From an uncultured Spirochaetales bacterium (GTDB taxonomy: Bacteria; Spirochaetota; Spirochaetia; Treponematales; Breznakiellaceae), in NCBI GenBank assembly GCA_964492245.1, contig CAZBJJ010000005.1:7862-71861 (forward strand): 64,000 nt of DNA. The letters run 5' to 3'. The notes under the pieces are model-generated. The model had not been told where the DNA came from, ran no database searches, and was given only the letters and a program-made list of their open reading frames with translations. A program made the translations under genes and the position numbers. Below, piece by piece: positions 44,790 to 53,445 of the stretch (position 1 is its first letter; each line of letters opens with the position of its first letter).

Positions 44790-45635
44790 TTACTGCCGTT
44801 TCGCCAATACGCCCTGCCAAAGTTCTGGGTCTTCGTCCCCGGCAAGTCCTCCACCAAAAAATGTCGGCGAAAATCCATGGTCCAAAAGTAGGGCTTTTAA
44901 TTCCTCTTGTTCGTACCAGCGGTGGCGAATATGCCAAGAGTTAATTTTCCCAAAGCGGTTAACGACATGGTAGGAATTGATAAGACATCGCTCCTCTTCC
45001 TTTAAAAAAGATTCTTCCAGAACAATGTGTCTGTCGGCCTTCCAAAAGCCGTCTTTTTTAACTGCATACCAGTCGCGGGGCAGGATGGCATTTTTAACAT
45101 ATTCTTCGGTAAAAACATCGAAGATAAAGGGAGCTCCCGGCGGTAGACTTTTGGCTAGCGATGCAAGGCTGCGATCGCGTTCGCTATCGCTTAAATTGCA
45201 AAAAATGCCATAGACCATTATTGCGGCATCGGCGGGCGGGAGCCTTGCAATAGAGAAGTCGGCAAGATGGAATTTCCCCCATTTTATGGGAATTTGTTTT
45301 CTGGCCCAGCGCACCGCTGCTGGCGATATATCCCAACCTTCGACCTTATAGCCTTGGCTTACTAGGCGCTGGGCATACAGGCCTGGGCCACAGCCTAAAT
45401 CCAGAATAAGGCCCTGGGCAGGGACCCTGTGTGCTTTACAGTGGCGGACTATGCTGGCTATCTCGCTGCTTATTTTTTCGGGCTTTCTGGAGCCCTCGTC
45501 CCAGCTGGGGTCGAGGTGGGCATCCAGAACATGCGAGGCTATCCAGGGGTCCTTCCAAAAATTTGTGCGCACATTTTTAGGAAGGCCATCGATAAGGGCC
45601 GATAAATTGCTAAAAAAGGGAAGTTTTTTTTTCAA
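44790..45635 (-). CDS. Class I SAM-dependent methyltransferase
   Basis: Motif I ILDLGCGPGLYAQRL. The TTG start abuts the stop of the upstream yfcC-like gene. Confidence 0.7.
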   Translation of the reverse strand: MKKKLPFFSNLSALIDGLPKNVRTNFWKDPWIASHVLDAHLDPSWDEGSRKPEKISSEIASIVRHCKAHRVPAQGLILDLGCGPGLYAQRLVSQGYKVEGWDISPAAVRWARKQIPIKWGKFHLADFSIARLPPADAAIMVYGIFCNLSDSERDRSLASLAKSLPPGAPFIFDVFTEEYVKNAILPRDWYAVKKDGFWKADRHIVLEESFLKEEERCLINSYHVVNRFGKINSWHIRHRWYEQEELKALLLDHGFSPTFFGGGLAGDEDPELWQGVLAKRQ

Positions 45636-47084
45636 TTAAAACGGTCCATATTTTATGGCCACCGCAATGGCCAAAAAGACAGAGGTAAGGACAAGAACCA
45701 TCAATTGAAGCTTCCAAGTCCAGCGCATCCATTTGGGATAACTTACAACCGTAAACGAAAGGGCAATAAGCAAGAGCGCATTCGTGGGAAAAATCATATT
45801 GGAAAAGCCATCGCCAAAGTTGAAGGCCAGGACCGCTGTCTGTCGGCTTATGCCCACAAGGTCTGCCAAGGGCGTTAACAGGGGCATCATTAAAAATGCC
45901 TTTGCGCTGGCCGAGCCAATAAAAAAGTTCATTACCAAGGTGGTGGCGTAGACTAAAAAGGCGGCAAGCAAGGGCGATGCCCCCCCAATTAAAAGGGCAG
46001 AAGCATGAAGAATGCTGTCCATTATTTTGCCGCTTACAATGATGTGTTTAACACTGTAGGCCATCAATATTAAAATTACTCCGGGAAAGAGATCCCGTGC
46101 ACCTTGGAAAAAGGCGGTAACAAGTTTTTTCCCATTAAAACCGGAAAGATGGCCAGCCCCAAAGCCGCCAATTAAAAATAGCAGGCCCATTACGGGAAAG
46201 GCCAAGTCCGAGAGCCCGGGCAGGCGGGCGGTAATAAAGACTAAGAGCAGGGCAAGGCCCACACAGCTGGCAAAACATATAAGTCCTTTTTTTATTGCCT
46301 GCTGTTCGCTGGGTTTTAGGTCTTTGTAATTTTCGGCGCTTTGGCCCAGCCTGATTTTTTCATCCTCGGCATAGCTGAGCGATAGATGGGGGTTTTTCTC
46401 AATTTTTTTTGCATAGCGACTTACGAAAACGCCCAAAAGGAAATATATGGTTATAAAAAAAGCTATGCGAAAAAGGGCACCCGAAAAGGTGGGCAGCTCT
46501 GCAATGCGTTGGGCAATGGCTATGGTAAAGGGGTTTGTCACTGCCGCGGAAAAACCAAAGGCCATGGGCAAGAGGCTTATTCCCAGGCCAGTTAGCGAAT
46601 CAAAGCCCAAGGATATTGCCAGGGGCACTATAAAAACAATCATGGGCACAAGGCCTTCGTAAACGCCAATAAAGCTGGTTATAAACATAAAGAAAAATAT
46701 AAGCAGCCAAATTAACAGGTATTTTTTTTTAGAAAAACGCCGGACCAAAATGGCTATAAGTTCTTTCATAATGCCAGAATGGTCTAAAATGGCAATTGAG
46801 CCCCCTACACAGAGTATAAATATAATGATGGTGATAAGCGCGACATTGCCATCGCTCCAGAGAATTTCTACTGGCGAAGTGAACCAGCGCCATATTGGGT
46901 AATGAGGCCGCTCAATTTCCTGCCAGGAACCCTCGACAACAAGGGTGCGTCCATCAATTTTTTCTCGCTCAAATTCACCGGCAGGCAGTATGCGTGTTAA
47001 AACACCGCTCAGTAGCATAAGCGCCAAAATAATACAGACCGAAAGTAAAAAAGCTTTTTTCCCAATTTTAAGACTGGATTCCAC
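45636..47084 (-). CDS. YfcC family (DcuC-like) membrane transporter
   Basis: The C-terminal block QTAVLAFNFGDGFSNMIFPTNALLLIAL closely resembles E. coli YfcC QVTVLAFQFGDGFSHIIYPTSASLMATL. AAGGAG sits 6 nt before GTG 47084. The track start at 47159 would overlap the M20 gene. Confidence 0.8.
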   Translation of the reverse strand: MESSLKIGKKAFLLSVCIILALMLLSGVLTRILPAGEFEREKIDGRTLVVEGSWQEIERPHYPIWRWFTSPVEILWSDGNVALITIIIFILCVGGSIAILDHSGIMKELIAILVRRFSKKKYLLIWLLIFFFMFITSFIGVYEGLVPMIVFIVPLAISLGFDSLTGLGISLLPMAFGFSAAVTNPFTIAIAQRIAELPTFSGALFRIAFFITIYFLLGVFVSRYAKKIEKNPHLSLSYAEDEKIRLGQSAENYKDLKPSEQQAIKKGLICFASCVGLALLLVFITARLPGLSDLAFPVMGLLFLIGGFGAGHLSGFNGKKLVTAFFQGARDLFPGVILILMAYSVKHIIVSGKIMDSILHASALLIGGASPLLAAFLVYATTLVMNFFIGSASAKAFLMMPLLTPLADLVGISRQTAVLAFNFGDGFSNMIFPTNALLLIALSFTVVSYPKWMRWTWKLQLMVLVLTSVFLAIAVAIKYGPF

Positions 47085-47094
47085 AGTGTTCTCC

Positions 47095-48477
47095 TTAATT
47101 ATTTTGAATATGGCAAAGATTTGTAAATAAGCTGCGGTAAAAAACAAGGCCGCGTTCAATGTTTTCCAAGCTTATTCTTTCGTCCTGTGCATGGATGCGG
47201 GCAAGTTCCTCTGGGTTTAAAGACATAGGAGAAAAGCGAAAGACGGCATCGCAGAGTGTTGCATAATGGCGGGAATCGGTGGTGGCCGTGTTTAAAAAAG
47301 GCAGGACCGGGATGCCGGGAAAGGCTTCTTCAATTGCCAGGCAAAGATGCTGCCAGCCGGGGTTTTTTGTGTGTGCAGCCCCTGCTGGAACTGGGTTGTT
47401 TGCCGCATGCTGGGGGCTCAGCTGCACGGATACCCGGGAATCGGCAATTGTTTTTGTAACAAAGACAATTGCCTTTTCGACCGTCCAGGGTTCAAGCAGG
47501 CGCAGGTTCAATGTGGCCTTTACCTGGTTGGGCAGTACATTGCTTGCCGAGCTGCCTTCCAGACAGGTCATTGCCAAGGTGCTGCGCAAAAGTGCGCGTA
47601 CGGAATCCGAGCTGGCAACCAGTGGAAAAAACAGGGGGCCCAAAAGACGGGCATGGCGAAGTACCCAGGCACTTGGGCCAGACACTAGAAAGGAGAGCTG
47701 TTTAAAAAAGGCCTGTACGCCAGGGCTCAGCTGCCAGGGGAAGGGTTTTTTGGCCAGGCGCACAAGGGCCCTACCTAAAATTGCAGCGGCCTGCTCCTGT
47801 GGTGGGCGCGAAGCGTGCCCGCTGGCCTGTTCTACAATGAGCTCAATATCTGCATAGCCTTTTTCCTCTATACCCACAAGGGCAAGGGGGCTTTTTACCT
47901 TGGGTATCATGCCTTCGGCCACAATGGACCCCTCGTCTAAAAGCCAGGAAAAACTGATGCCCTGTTTTTTAAACCACTGCGCTATGTTTTTTGCCCCAAT
48001 TAGACCCGATATTTCCTCGTCGCCCCCAAAGGCAAACCAAATGTCGGCCCTGGGGCTACTGCCCTGCCGCATAAGCTCTTCTGCCGCCTCCAGTGGCCAA
48101 AAAATAGTGGTTTTTGTATCCAGGCTGCCTCTTCCCCAGAGATAGCCATCTTTAATATCGCCTCCAAAGGGCTCGCAGGACCAAGGCGCTTCGCCAATGG
48201 GCACTACGTCGTAATGAGAGAGTATAAGGACGGGTTTTTCATCTGCATCAGCATGAGGGGTCTCTGATGTTGATGCGGCCCATTTATAAACCAAGGCCCG
48301 AGGACCCATGGGAAAGCGTTCGGTATGTGTATGAAAAAGCGGATAGGTCTTGGCCAGAAAGGCCTGAAAGAGGCGAAAGACCTCGTCCTCGCTCTCGCTC
48401 ATTGTGGGTATTCGAATTGCAGCAGCTAAACGCTCCAGAGCTGCTGGATCTAATTCGGCAGGGTTTTTAGTTTTCAT
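47095..48477 (-). CDS. M20 family metallopeptidase (ArgE/DapE/CPG2-like)
   Basis: LILSHYDVVP, WGRGSLDTK and FGGDEEISG metal-ligand blocks. Confidence 0.8.
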   Translation of the reverse strand: MKTKNPAELDPAALERLAAAIRIPTMSESEDEVFRLFQAFLAKTYPLFHTHTERFPMGPRALVYKWAASTSETPHADADEKPVLILSHYDVVPIGEAPWSCEPFGGDIKDGYLWGRGSLDTKTTIFWPLEAAEELMRQGSSPRADIWFAFGGDEEISGLIGAKNIAQWFKKQGISFSWLLDEGSIVAEGMIPKVKSPLALVGIEEKGYADIELIVEQASGHASRPPQEQAAAILGRALVRLAKKPFPWQLSPGVQAFFKQLSFLVSGPSAWVLRHARLLGPLFFPLVASSDSVRALLRSTLAMTCLEGSSASNVLPNQVKATLNLRLLEPWTVEKAIVFVTKTIADSRVSVQLSPQHAANNPVPAGAAHTKNPGWQHLCLAIEEAFPGIPVLPFLNTATTDSRHYATLCDAVFRFSPMSLNPEELARIHAQDERISLENIERGLVFYRSLFTNLCHIQNN

Positions 48478-48534
48478 GGCTCAAGTTTAGTTTACAAAGA
48501 GATAATGGTAAAGGGAAAAATGCTGGGCTAAGAA

Positions 48535-48563
48535 TTGACAAAGTTCCAGGTTTTCTCTACCAT
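48535..48563 (+). promoter_or_regulatory. Candidate promoter for tRNA-Leu (TTGACA, 17-nt spacer, TACCAT)
   Basis: TTGACA at 48535-48540 and TACCAT at 48558-48563, 15 nt before the 5' end of the tRNA. Confidence 0.45.
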
Positions 48564-48577
48564 GGGTCTAGTTTTTA

Positions 48578-48660
48578 GCCCGGATGGTGAAATTGGCAAA
48601 CACGCTAGTTTCAGGTACTAGTGCCGAACAGGCTTGGGGGTTCAAGTCCCCCTCCGGGCA
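48578..48660 (+). tRNA. tRNA-Leu, anticodon CAG, long variable arm, no encoded CCA
   Basis: Manual cloverleaf: acceptor GCCCGGA/TCCGGGC, anticodon stem CTAGT/ACTAG with loop TTCAGGT, a 14-nt variable arm, and T arm GGGGG-TTCAAGT-CCCCC. 83 nt. Confidence 0.9.
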
Positions 48661-49433
48661 GACATCTCCCCCTTACTGCTCAATTCCCGCATAAGGTCGA
48701 TTTCCGCTTCTAGGGCCCCTATGGTTTTGGGGTCCAGGTGGTCCAAGACAAGCCAGTGATCCAGGTGGCTGGATTCATTTTGGCGGTAGTATTCATAAAA
48801 CACGTCCAAGAAGGCGGTCGAAAACACCTTACTGGAAAGCAGTTTTTGTGAATTCCGTGTATGCACAATGGCGGTTGAACTGCCCAGCCTTGCCGATCGA
48901 GGACCGTCAAGTGAATCGGGCAGGGGGGACCAACAGGCCTTAAAATAGGGATGGTCAATGCCTTCTATAAGATCCAATAGGTCTCGGTAGCGGGATATAT
49001 GGCTTTTTATATGCGGCTCTAAGGCAAGGCTCATGCCATAGTTGCCGGCCATATCGGCAATGCGGTGTATTTGAGCATTGAAGGCGGCTCTTTGCAACAG
49101 GCCCGAGGGGCGAACCGGGCTGGCCCAAATCCGTATAACTGGAATTTGCAAATAGCGACATGTTTCGATAATTGCGGCAAAATCCTGATATCGGGAATTT
49201 GGCTGGTCGGCCAGGCCAATTTGATATTGCGAGCCATAGCTGCTGTTGGTAAGACCATTGCGCAGAGTGAGCATCATTAAGGCCTCGGCCTTTTCGGCCT
49301 GGCCGTGGGGCAAATGGGGCCTTGCTGCCCACTCGATGCCATCAATATGGGCATTACTGGCAATTTCCACAATTTTTTGGGGCTCTAGCCCGGCCAAAGT
49401 GCGGGAAGAAAGGGCCAGTTTTATCTTGCTCAT
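48642..49433 (-). CDS. Xylose isomerase-like TIM-barrel protein (sugar phosphate isomerase/epimerase family)
   Basis: Pattern typical of the AP_endonuc_2 family (IDGIEW..., ...LALEPH...). ATGA overlap with the upstream PSP1 gene. The last 19 nt overlap the tRNA-Leu 3' end on the opposite strand. Confidence 0.7.
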   Translation of the reverse strand: MSKIKLALSSRTLAGLEPQKIVEIASNAHIDGIEWAARPHLPHGQAEKAEALMMLTLRNGLTNSSYGSQYQIGLADQPNSRYQDFAAIIETCRYLQIPVIRIWASPVRPSGLLQRAAFNAQIHRIADMAGNYGMSLALEPHIKSHISRYRDLLDLIEGIDHPYFKACWSPLPDSLDGPRSARLGSSTAIVHTRNSQKLLSSKVFSTAFLDVFYEYYRQNESSHLDHWLVLDHLDPKTIGALEAEIDLMRELSSKGEMSARRGT

Positions 49434-50425
49434 ATCTTATTCGCTGCGTTTGCAGGCCGGTCTTTTTGGTTTTCGCTGTCCATTTTTATCTGCCAGCGCC
49501 CGTCGACACGCTCAAAGGAGGATGCCGGTATATTTATTATCTGCCCCTCTTCGCCCTGTAGGCGAATGCTGCTGGTTACGGGGTTCACTTCTACAGTGCG
49601 CCAATTCATGCCATTCCAAAATAGGCGGTAGCCCTCCGAGGGCATGCTTCTGCGCGCCTCTTGGTAAAAACCGTGCTCGTATGAAAGGCAGCAGAGCAAT
49701 CGTCCACAGGGCCCCGAAATTTTTAAAGAATTCAGGCTCAAGTTTTGGTCTTTCGCCATTTTAATGGAGACAGGTTTAAGTTTGTCGGAAATACTGTGGC
49801 AACAGAAGGCCCTGCCACAGACTGCCAGTCCCCCAACGACGCGGGCCTCGTCGCGCACACCTATTTGACGCAGCTCAATGCGCAGCTTAAAAATTGCCAC
49901 CAAGTCCTTTACCAATTCTCTAAAATCCACGCGGTTTTCGGCAGTAAACAGAAAAATTATTTTGCTGTCGTCGAACAAATAATGCACCGCTACTAATTTC
50001 ATATCCAGGCGATGTTCCTTAATTTTTTCTTTGCAGAGATTGACCGCCTCTTGCTCCTTTAGGCTAAATTCGCGTTTTTTTTCTAAATCGGCCTCGTTGG
50101 CAAGGCGTTCCATGTGAACAATATCAGATTTTGGCACAGAAATTTCCTGCGATATCTTCCCCGATATCTTTGCCATATCCCTTCCAAAGCGTGTGTTAAC
50201 AATAATCTCTCTGCCATTGTTCAAGTTTGCGTGATCGCTTGAGACAACAAGATTTTCGTTCGACCAGGGCAGATTAATTTGATACCAGGTTTTGCCGTCT
50301 CGTAATGGTACAATTACCTGACGGACCTCGCCTTCGTCTTCGGCTATTTCGTCTTCTCGAAGAGCTTCTTCTGCCTCGCTGTTTCGAGCCCTACTATCGT
50401 CAGAGCCCTGTCTATATTCTTCCAT
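49430..50425 (-). CDS. PSP1 domain protein (RicT/YaaT-like)
   Basis: FTAENRVDFRELVKDL..LRIELRQIGVRDEAR..GGLAVCGRAFCC...ISGPCGRLLCCLSYEH is the PSP1 C-terminal signature with conserved Cys. AAGGAG RBS. Confidence 0.8.
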   Translation of the reverse strand: MEEYRQGSDDSRARNSEAEEALREDEIAEDEGEVRQVIVPLRDGKTWYQINLPWSNENLVVSSDHANLNNGREIIVNTRFGRDMAKISGKISQEISVPKSDIVHMERLANEADLEKKREFSLKEQEAVNLCKEKIKEHRLDMKLVAVHYLFDDSKIIFLFTAENRVDFRELVKDLVAIFKLRIELRQIGVRDEARVVGGLAVCGRAFCCHSISDKLKPVSIKMAKDQNLSLNSLKISGPCGRLLCCLSYEHGFYQEARRSMPSEGYRLFWNGMNWRTVEVNPVTSSIRLQGEEGQIINIPASSFERVDGRWQIKMDSENQKDRPANAANKI

Positions 50426-50439
50426 ATTAAAAGTCTCCT

Positions 50440-50955
50440 TTAATGGAGGAGATCTACAAGTAGACCGTTAATTTCCTCGATATTTGCCAAAATTTCCAAG
50501 CCTTTTTTTTGCCCGCTCAAAATACCGGTGGCCAGGTTCTCCAGTTTTTGGTTTACAAGGCGGACAATGGTAAGTTTTTTCTTTTCGAAAATGCTTTTTT
50601 TTACCCAGGTTTCATTGGTAGTATAGCCATGTTCTACAATAAAGTGAAGAAACTTTTTTATAGCATTTTTATATTTAAGGAGGTTTTCGGGCGAGGTTCT
50701 GTCGCGCAGGGCATCGCCTAGGCTGTGAATATCGTCTAAAAGCTGGGGTATGTCGGCTTCGCTGGGGGCATCTGCGCTTTCGATATTTTGAATCTCGGAC
50801 ATCTCTTTGGTGGTCTTAAAGACCGAGCCAAAAGATTTTCGTTTTGTGCTGGCTGTCTTAGAGGTTTTTTCTTTGTTTAATTGTTTTTGCGCCTCGCTAT
50901 AGGCATACAGATTGGGGAGACCCGCGATATCGGGATTGAAATCAAGTTTTGCCAT
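50440..50955 (-). CDS. DUF327 (YaaR-like) protein
   Basis: Size, the charged N-terminal half, and C-terminal ...KKLTIVRLVNQKLENLATGILSGQ... resemble YaaR/DUF327. AAGGAG RBS. Confidence 0.6.
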   Translation of the reverse strand: MAKLDFNPDIAGLPNLYAYSEAQKQLNKEKTSKTASTKRKSFGSVFKTTKEMSEIQNIESADAPSEADIPQLLDDIHSLGDALRDRTSPENLLKYKNAIKKFLHFIVEHGYTTNETWVKKSIFEKKKLTIVRLVNQKLENLATGILSGQKKGLEILANIEEINGLLVDLLH

Positions 50956-50967
50956 GGCAAAGCTCCT

Positions 50968-51384
50968 TTATCCAATGCTCATTCTCGACAGTATGCTCCT
51001 GCGGTCCTGCCACCGCCTTAGTTTTGTCTTCCAGTCCTCGCTATTGCCCGAGGCAATAACAAGGCCCTGAACAATGCCAGCCTGCTCCAAACGAATTTTC
51101 GTAGTAATTATATCACCTAAAATAAGGGCTGTGGGCAAAATATGCACTTTTTCACTGGCAAAGACATTGCCTTTGACAATGCCCCCAATGGTAACTGTCG
51201 TTCCATGCACATCGCCTTGAATCTGGGCAGCCTCGCCCACTACAACCCGCCCCTTAGCTTTAACACAGCCAATTAAAAAGCCATCTAGGCGGATGGAGCC
51301 ATCAATTTCGACATCTCCCTTAATAGAACTGCCAATTCCCACAATGCTATTGATAATATGAGACTTGTTATTGACTGCGGGCAT
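50968..51384 (-). CDS. Bactofilin (polymer-forming cytoskeletal protein)
   Basis: Beta-helix repeats run throughout (IKGDVEIDGSIRLDGFLIGCVKAKGRVVVGEAAQIQGDVHGTTVTIGGIVKGNVFA...). It starts 2 nt after the M23 gene stop. Confidence 0.85.
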   Translation of the reverse strand: MPAVNNKSHIINSIVGIGSSIKGDVEIDGSIRLDGFLIGCVKAKGRVVVGEAAQIQGDVHGTTVTIGGIVKGNVFASEKVHILPTALILGDIITTKIRLEQAGIVQGLVIASGNSEDWKTKLRRWQDRRSILSRMSIG

Positions 51385-51386
51385 GT

Positions 51387-52436
51387 TTAATTACCCTTTT
51401 GCTTACTGGCAGACAGGCTCGAGCGAATGTTAATATATTTTAAGGGGTCTTCGACATTGGAGCCCACATGCACCTCGTAATGGAGGTGGGGACCAGTCGA
51501 TTTACCGGTGTTGCCAATAAAGCCGACGACCTGGCCCTGTTTTATCCGATCGCCTTTTTTAACACTTGCATTGCGCAGATGGGCATAGCGGGTGTAATAG
51601 CCATGTTTATGTTTGACAATAACATAATTGCCATAACCAAAGGCCTCGTAATCGACGGTTACCACTTGGCCATCGGCGGTGGCTATTACCGGGTCGCCCA
51701 CGCGCCAGGTGGAAAGGTCCAGGCCGGTATGAATGTACCAGAGGCCGGTAAAGGGGTCGGGGTTTTTGCCAAAGGTCTGGGAAATATGGCCGATACCCCC
51801 CTTTATGGGCCAGAGACTGGGAATATCGCGCAAAAGAGCATTCTGCGAGGATAGCAGACCGCCAAGCTCTTCCACTGGTTTGGCGGCTTCGTCGAGCCAG
51901 GCACTTAGCCGGCGCAGTTCGCCAATTTCCCGCAAATTACCTTCGGCACTGTCGGAGAATTCAAAAAAACCAGCTAAATCGCCCTTTTGGCTGGTTTCGG
52001 GGCTTTTATTGAGCATGCGAGAAAGGCCCAGCGTCTGTAAGGTGGAGTTTAAAGAAAATTCAAAGTTCTTTGCCGATTTTATTAAATTGCTCGTCTCGTC
52101 CCGCAGTTGATCCAAGTTGGCCTGTGTCGCTTTTAGGTTGGAGGTTCGATCGCCAAGAGCGCCGGCAGTCTGGGCATAGTTGTTCGTATACCACACAAAG
52201 CTGCCAATTATACCGGCAAGGACAAAGAAAAAGAAAAAGATAGAAATAAAATTAACCTGAAAATTATATACTTTTTTTTCGGAGTGGGGGACGAACATAA
52301 AGGTGTATTTTCGCCCAATAAATTTGAAAAAATTCTTAAAAAAACGCCCAATAGCTACAAAGCCGATGCGAATAGCTCGGAACATGCGGCGGACAATGGT
52401 ATTTTCTAAGCGCTTGAATCGGTGGACCGAGGGCAC
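51387..52436 (-). CDS. M23 family metallopeptidase, membrane-anchored, with a coiled-coil region
   Basis: HTGLDL and GNTGKSTGPHLHYEV catalytic motifs. One TM helix (ISIFFFFFVLAGIIGSFVWY). AGGAG sits 6 nt before GTG 52436. Confidence 0.85.
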   Translation of the reverse strand: MPSVHRFKRLENTIVRRMFRAIRIGFVAIGRFFKNFFKFIGRKYTFMFVPHSEKKVYNFQVNFISIFFFFFVLAGIIGSFVWYTNNYAQTAGALGDRTSNLKATQANLDQLRDETSNLIKSAKNFEFSLNSTLQTLGLSRMLNKSPETSQKGDLAGFFEFSDSAEGNLREIGELRRLSAWLDEAAKPVEELGGLLSSQNALLRDIPSLWPIKGGIGHISQTFGKNPDPFTGLWYIHTGLDLSTWRVGDPVIATADGQVVTVDYEAFGYGNYVIVKHKHGYYTRYAHLRNASVKKGDRIKQGQVVGFIGNTGKSTGPHLHYEVHVGSNVEDPLKYINIRSSLSASKQKGN

Positions 52437-52587
52437 TTCTAGCTCCTATTGAAACTTGCAATTGAATCGCCCCTGCAAAAAATACAGCAAGGATTCTTCA
52501 TAGAGGTAATTAGCAGTATATCAGCGACATATTGAACTGTCAAATGATACAGTTGCTTTTGTAATAATCGGCAGAAAAAAGGATAAT

Positions 52588-52616
52588 TTGACGCTTTTAA
52601 TAAGCTGTGTTATATT
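52588..52616 (+). promoter_or_regulatory. Candidate sigma70-type promoter for tatD-dus (TTGACG, 17-nt spacer, TATATT)
   Basis: TTGACG at 52588-52593 and TATATT at 52611-52616, 50 nt upstream of ATG 52666. Confidence 0.5.
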
Positions 52617-52665
52617 CTTAGTATCCAGTTTGGACTTCCGCATCTCAAAGTCTTAAGAGTTAGCC

Positions 52666-53439
52666 ATGCAATTTTTTGATACTCATGCCCACATTGGGCT
52701 TATACATGATGATCCCATAGAACAGCTACGTGTCTGCCAGGCAGCACGGCATGCAGGAGTGAGCCGGTTAATATCAATTTGCAATAGCCTGCACGATTTT
52801 AATCAGGTATACGAAAACCTTAAAAGCGCCGATTTTGTCTATCATGCTGTGGGTGTCTCCCCCTCCGAGGTGCAAAATCCTGGGCGAACTTGGCAGGACA
52901 GCATCGACAAGGCGGTTAGGCTGCCACGCGTTGTGGCAATTGGAGAAATTGGCCTCGATTACTACAAAAAATATGGCGATAAAAAAAGCCAAATAGAGCT
53001 CTTTGTGGAGCAATTGGAGCTGGCCGCTAAATACGATGTACCAGTTATTATCCACAATAGGGACGCTGGCCAAGACGTCTTAGATATTTTACGCGACTGC
53101 CTGCCCCCAAAGGGCGGAGTCCTGCACTGCTATTCGGAAAATGCTGAATATGCAGAAAAGGCCCTGGAGCTAAATCTTCGTTTTTCCTTTGCCGGAAATT
53201 TAACCTACCGCAATGCCCGCAATTTACACGAGACGGTGGCGATGCTGCCCTTGGATCGTATTTTGCTGGAATCCGAAAGCCCATTTATGGTGCCTGCCGA
53301 GTATCGGGGTAAAAGAAATATGCCTGCATATATGCCCAGCACAGCAGGGTTTTTAGCTGAATTCCTGGAAATGGACGAAGCCGAATTGGCCGCACAGCTT
53401 TGGCAGAATTCCTGCGAGTTTTTTGGCTTGGAGGCCTAG
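52666..53439 (+). CDS. TatD family metal-dependent hydrolase/DNase
   Basis: FFDTHAHIG, AIGEIGLDY, PVIIHNRDA, HCYS and ESESPFM blocks. Confidence 0.85.
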   Translation: MQFFDTHAHIGLIHDDPIEQLRVCQAARHAGVSRLISICNSLHDFNQVYENLKSADFVYHAVGVSPSEVQNPGRTWQDSIDKAVRLPRVVAIGEIGLDYYKKYGDKKSQIELFVEQLELAAKYDVPVIIHNRDAGQDVLDILRDCLPPKGGVLHCYSENAEYAEKALELNLRFSFAGNLTYRNARNLHETVAMLPLDRILLESESPFMVPAEYRGKRNMPAYMPSTAGFLAEFLEMDEAELAAQLWQNSCEFFGLEA

Positions 53440-53445
53440 GGTTCG

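Noticed and set aside
48478-49433. Genomic island or integrated element at the tRNA-Leu gene
   Set aside because: There is no integrase, no direct repeat of the tRNA 3' end, and no phage or transposon genes nearby. The flanking genes are ordinary metabolic and cell-shape genes.
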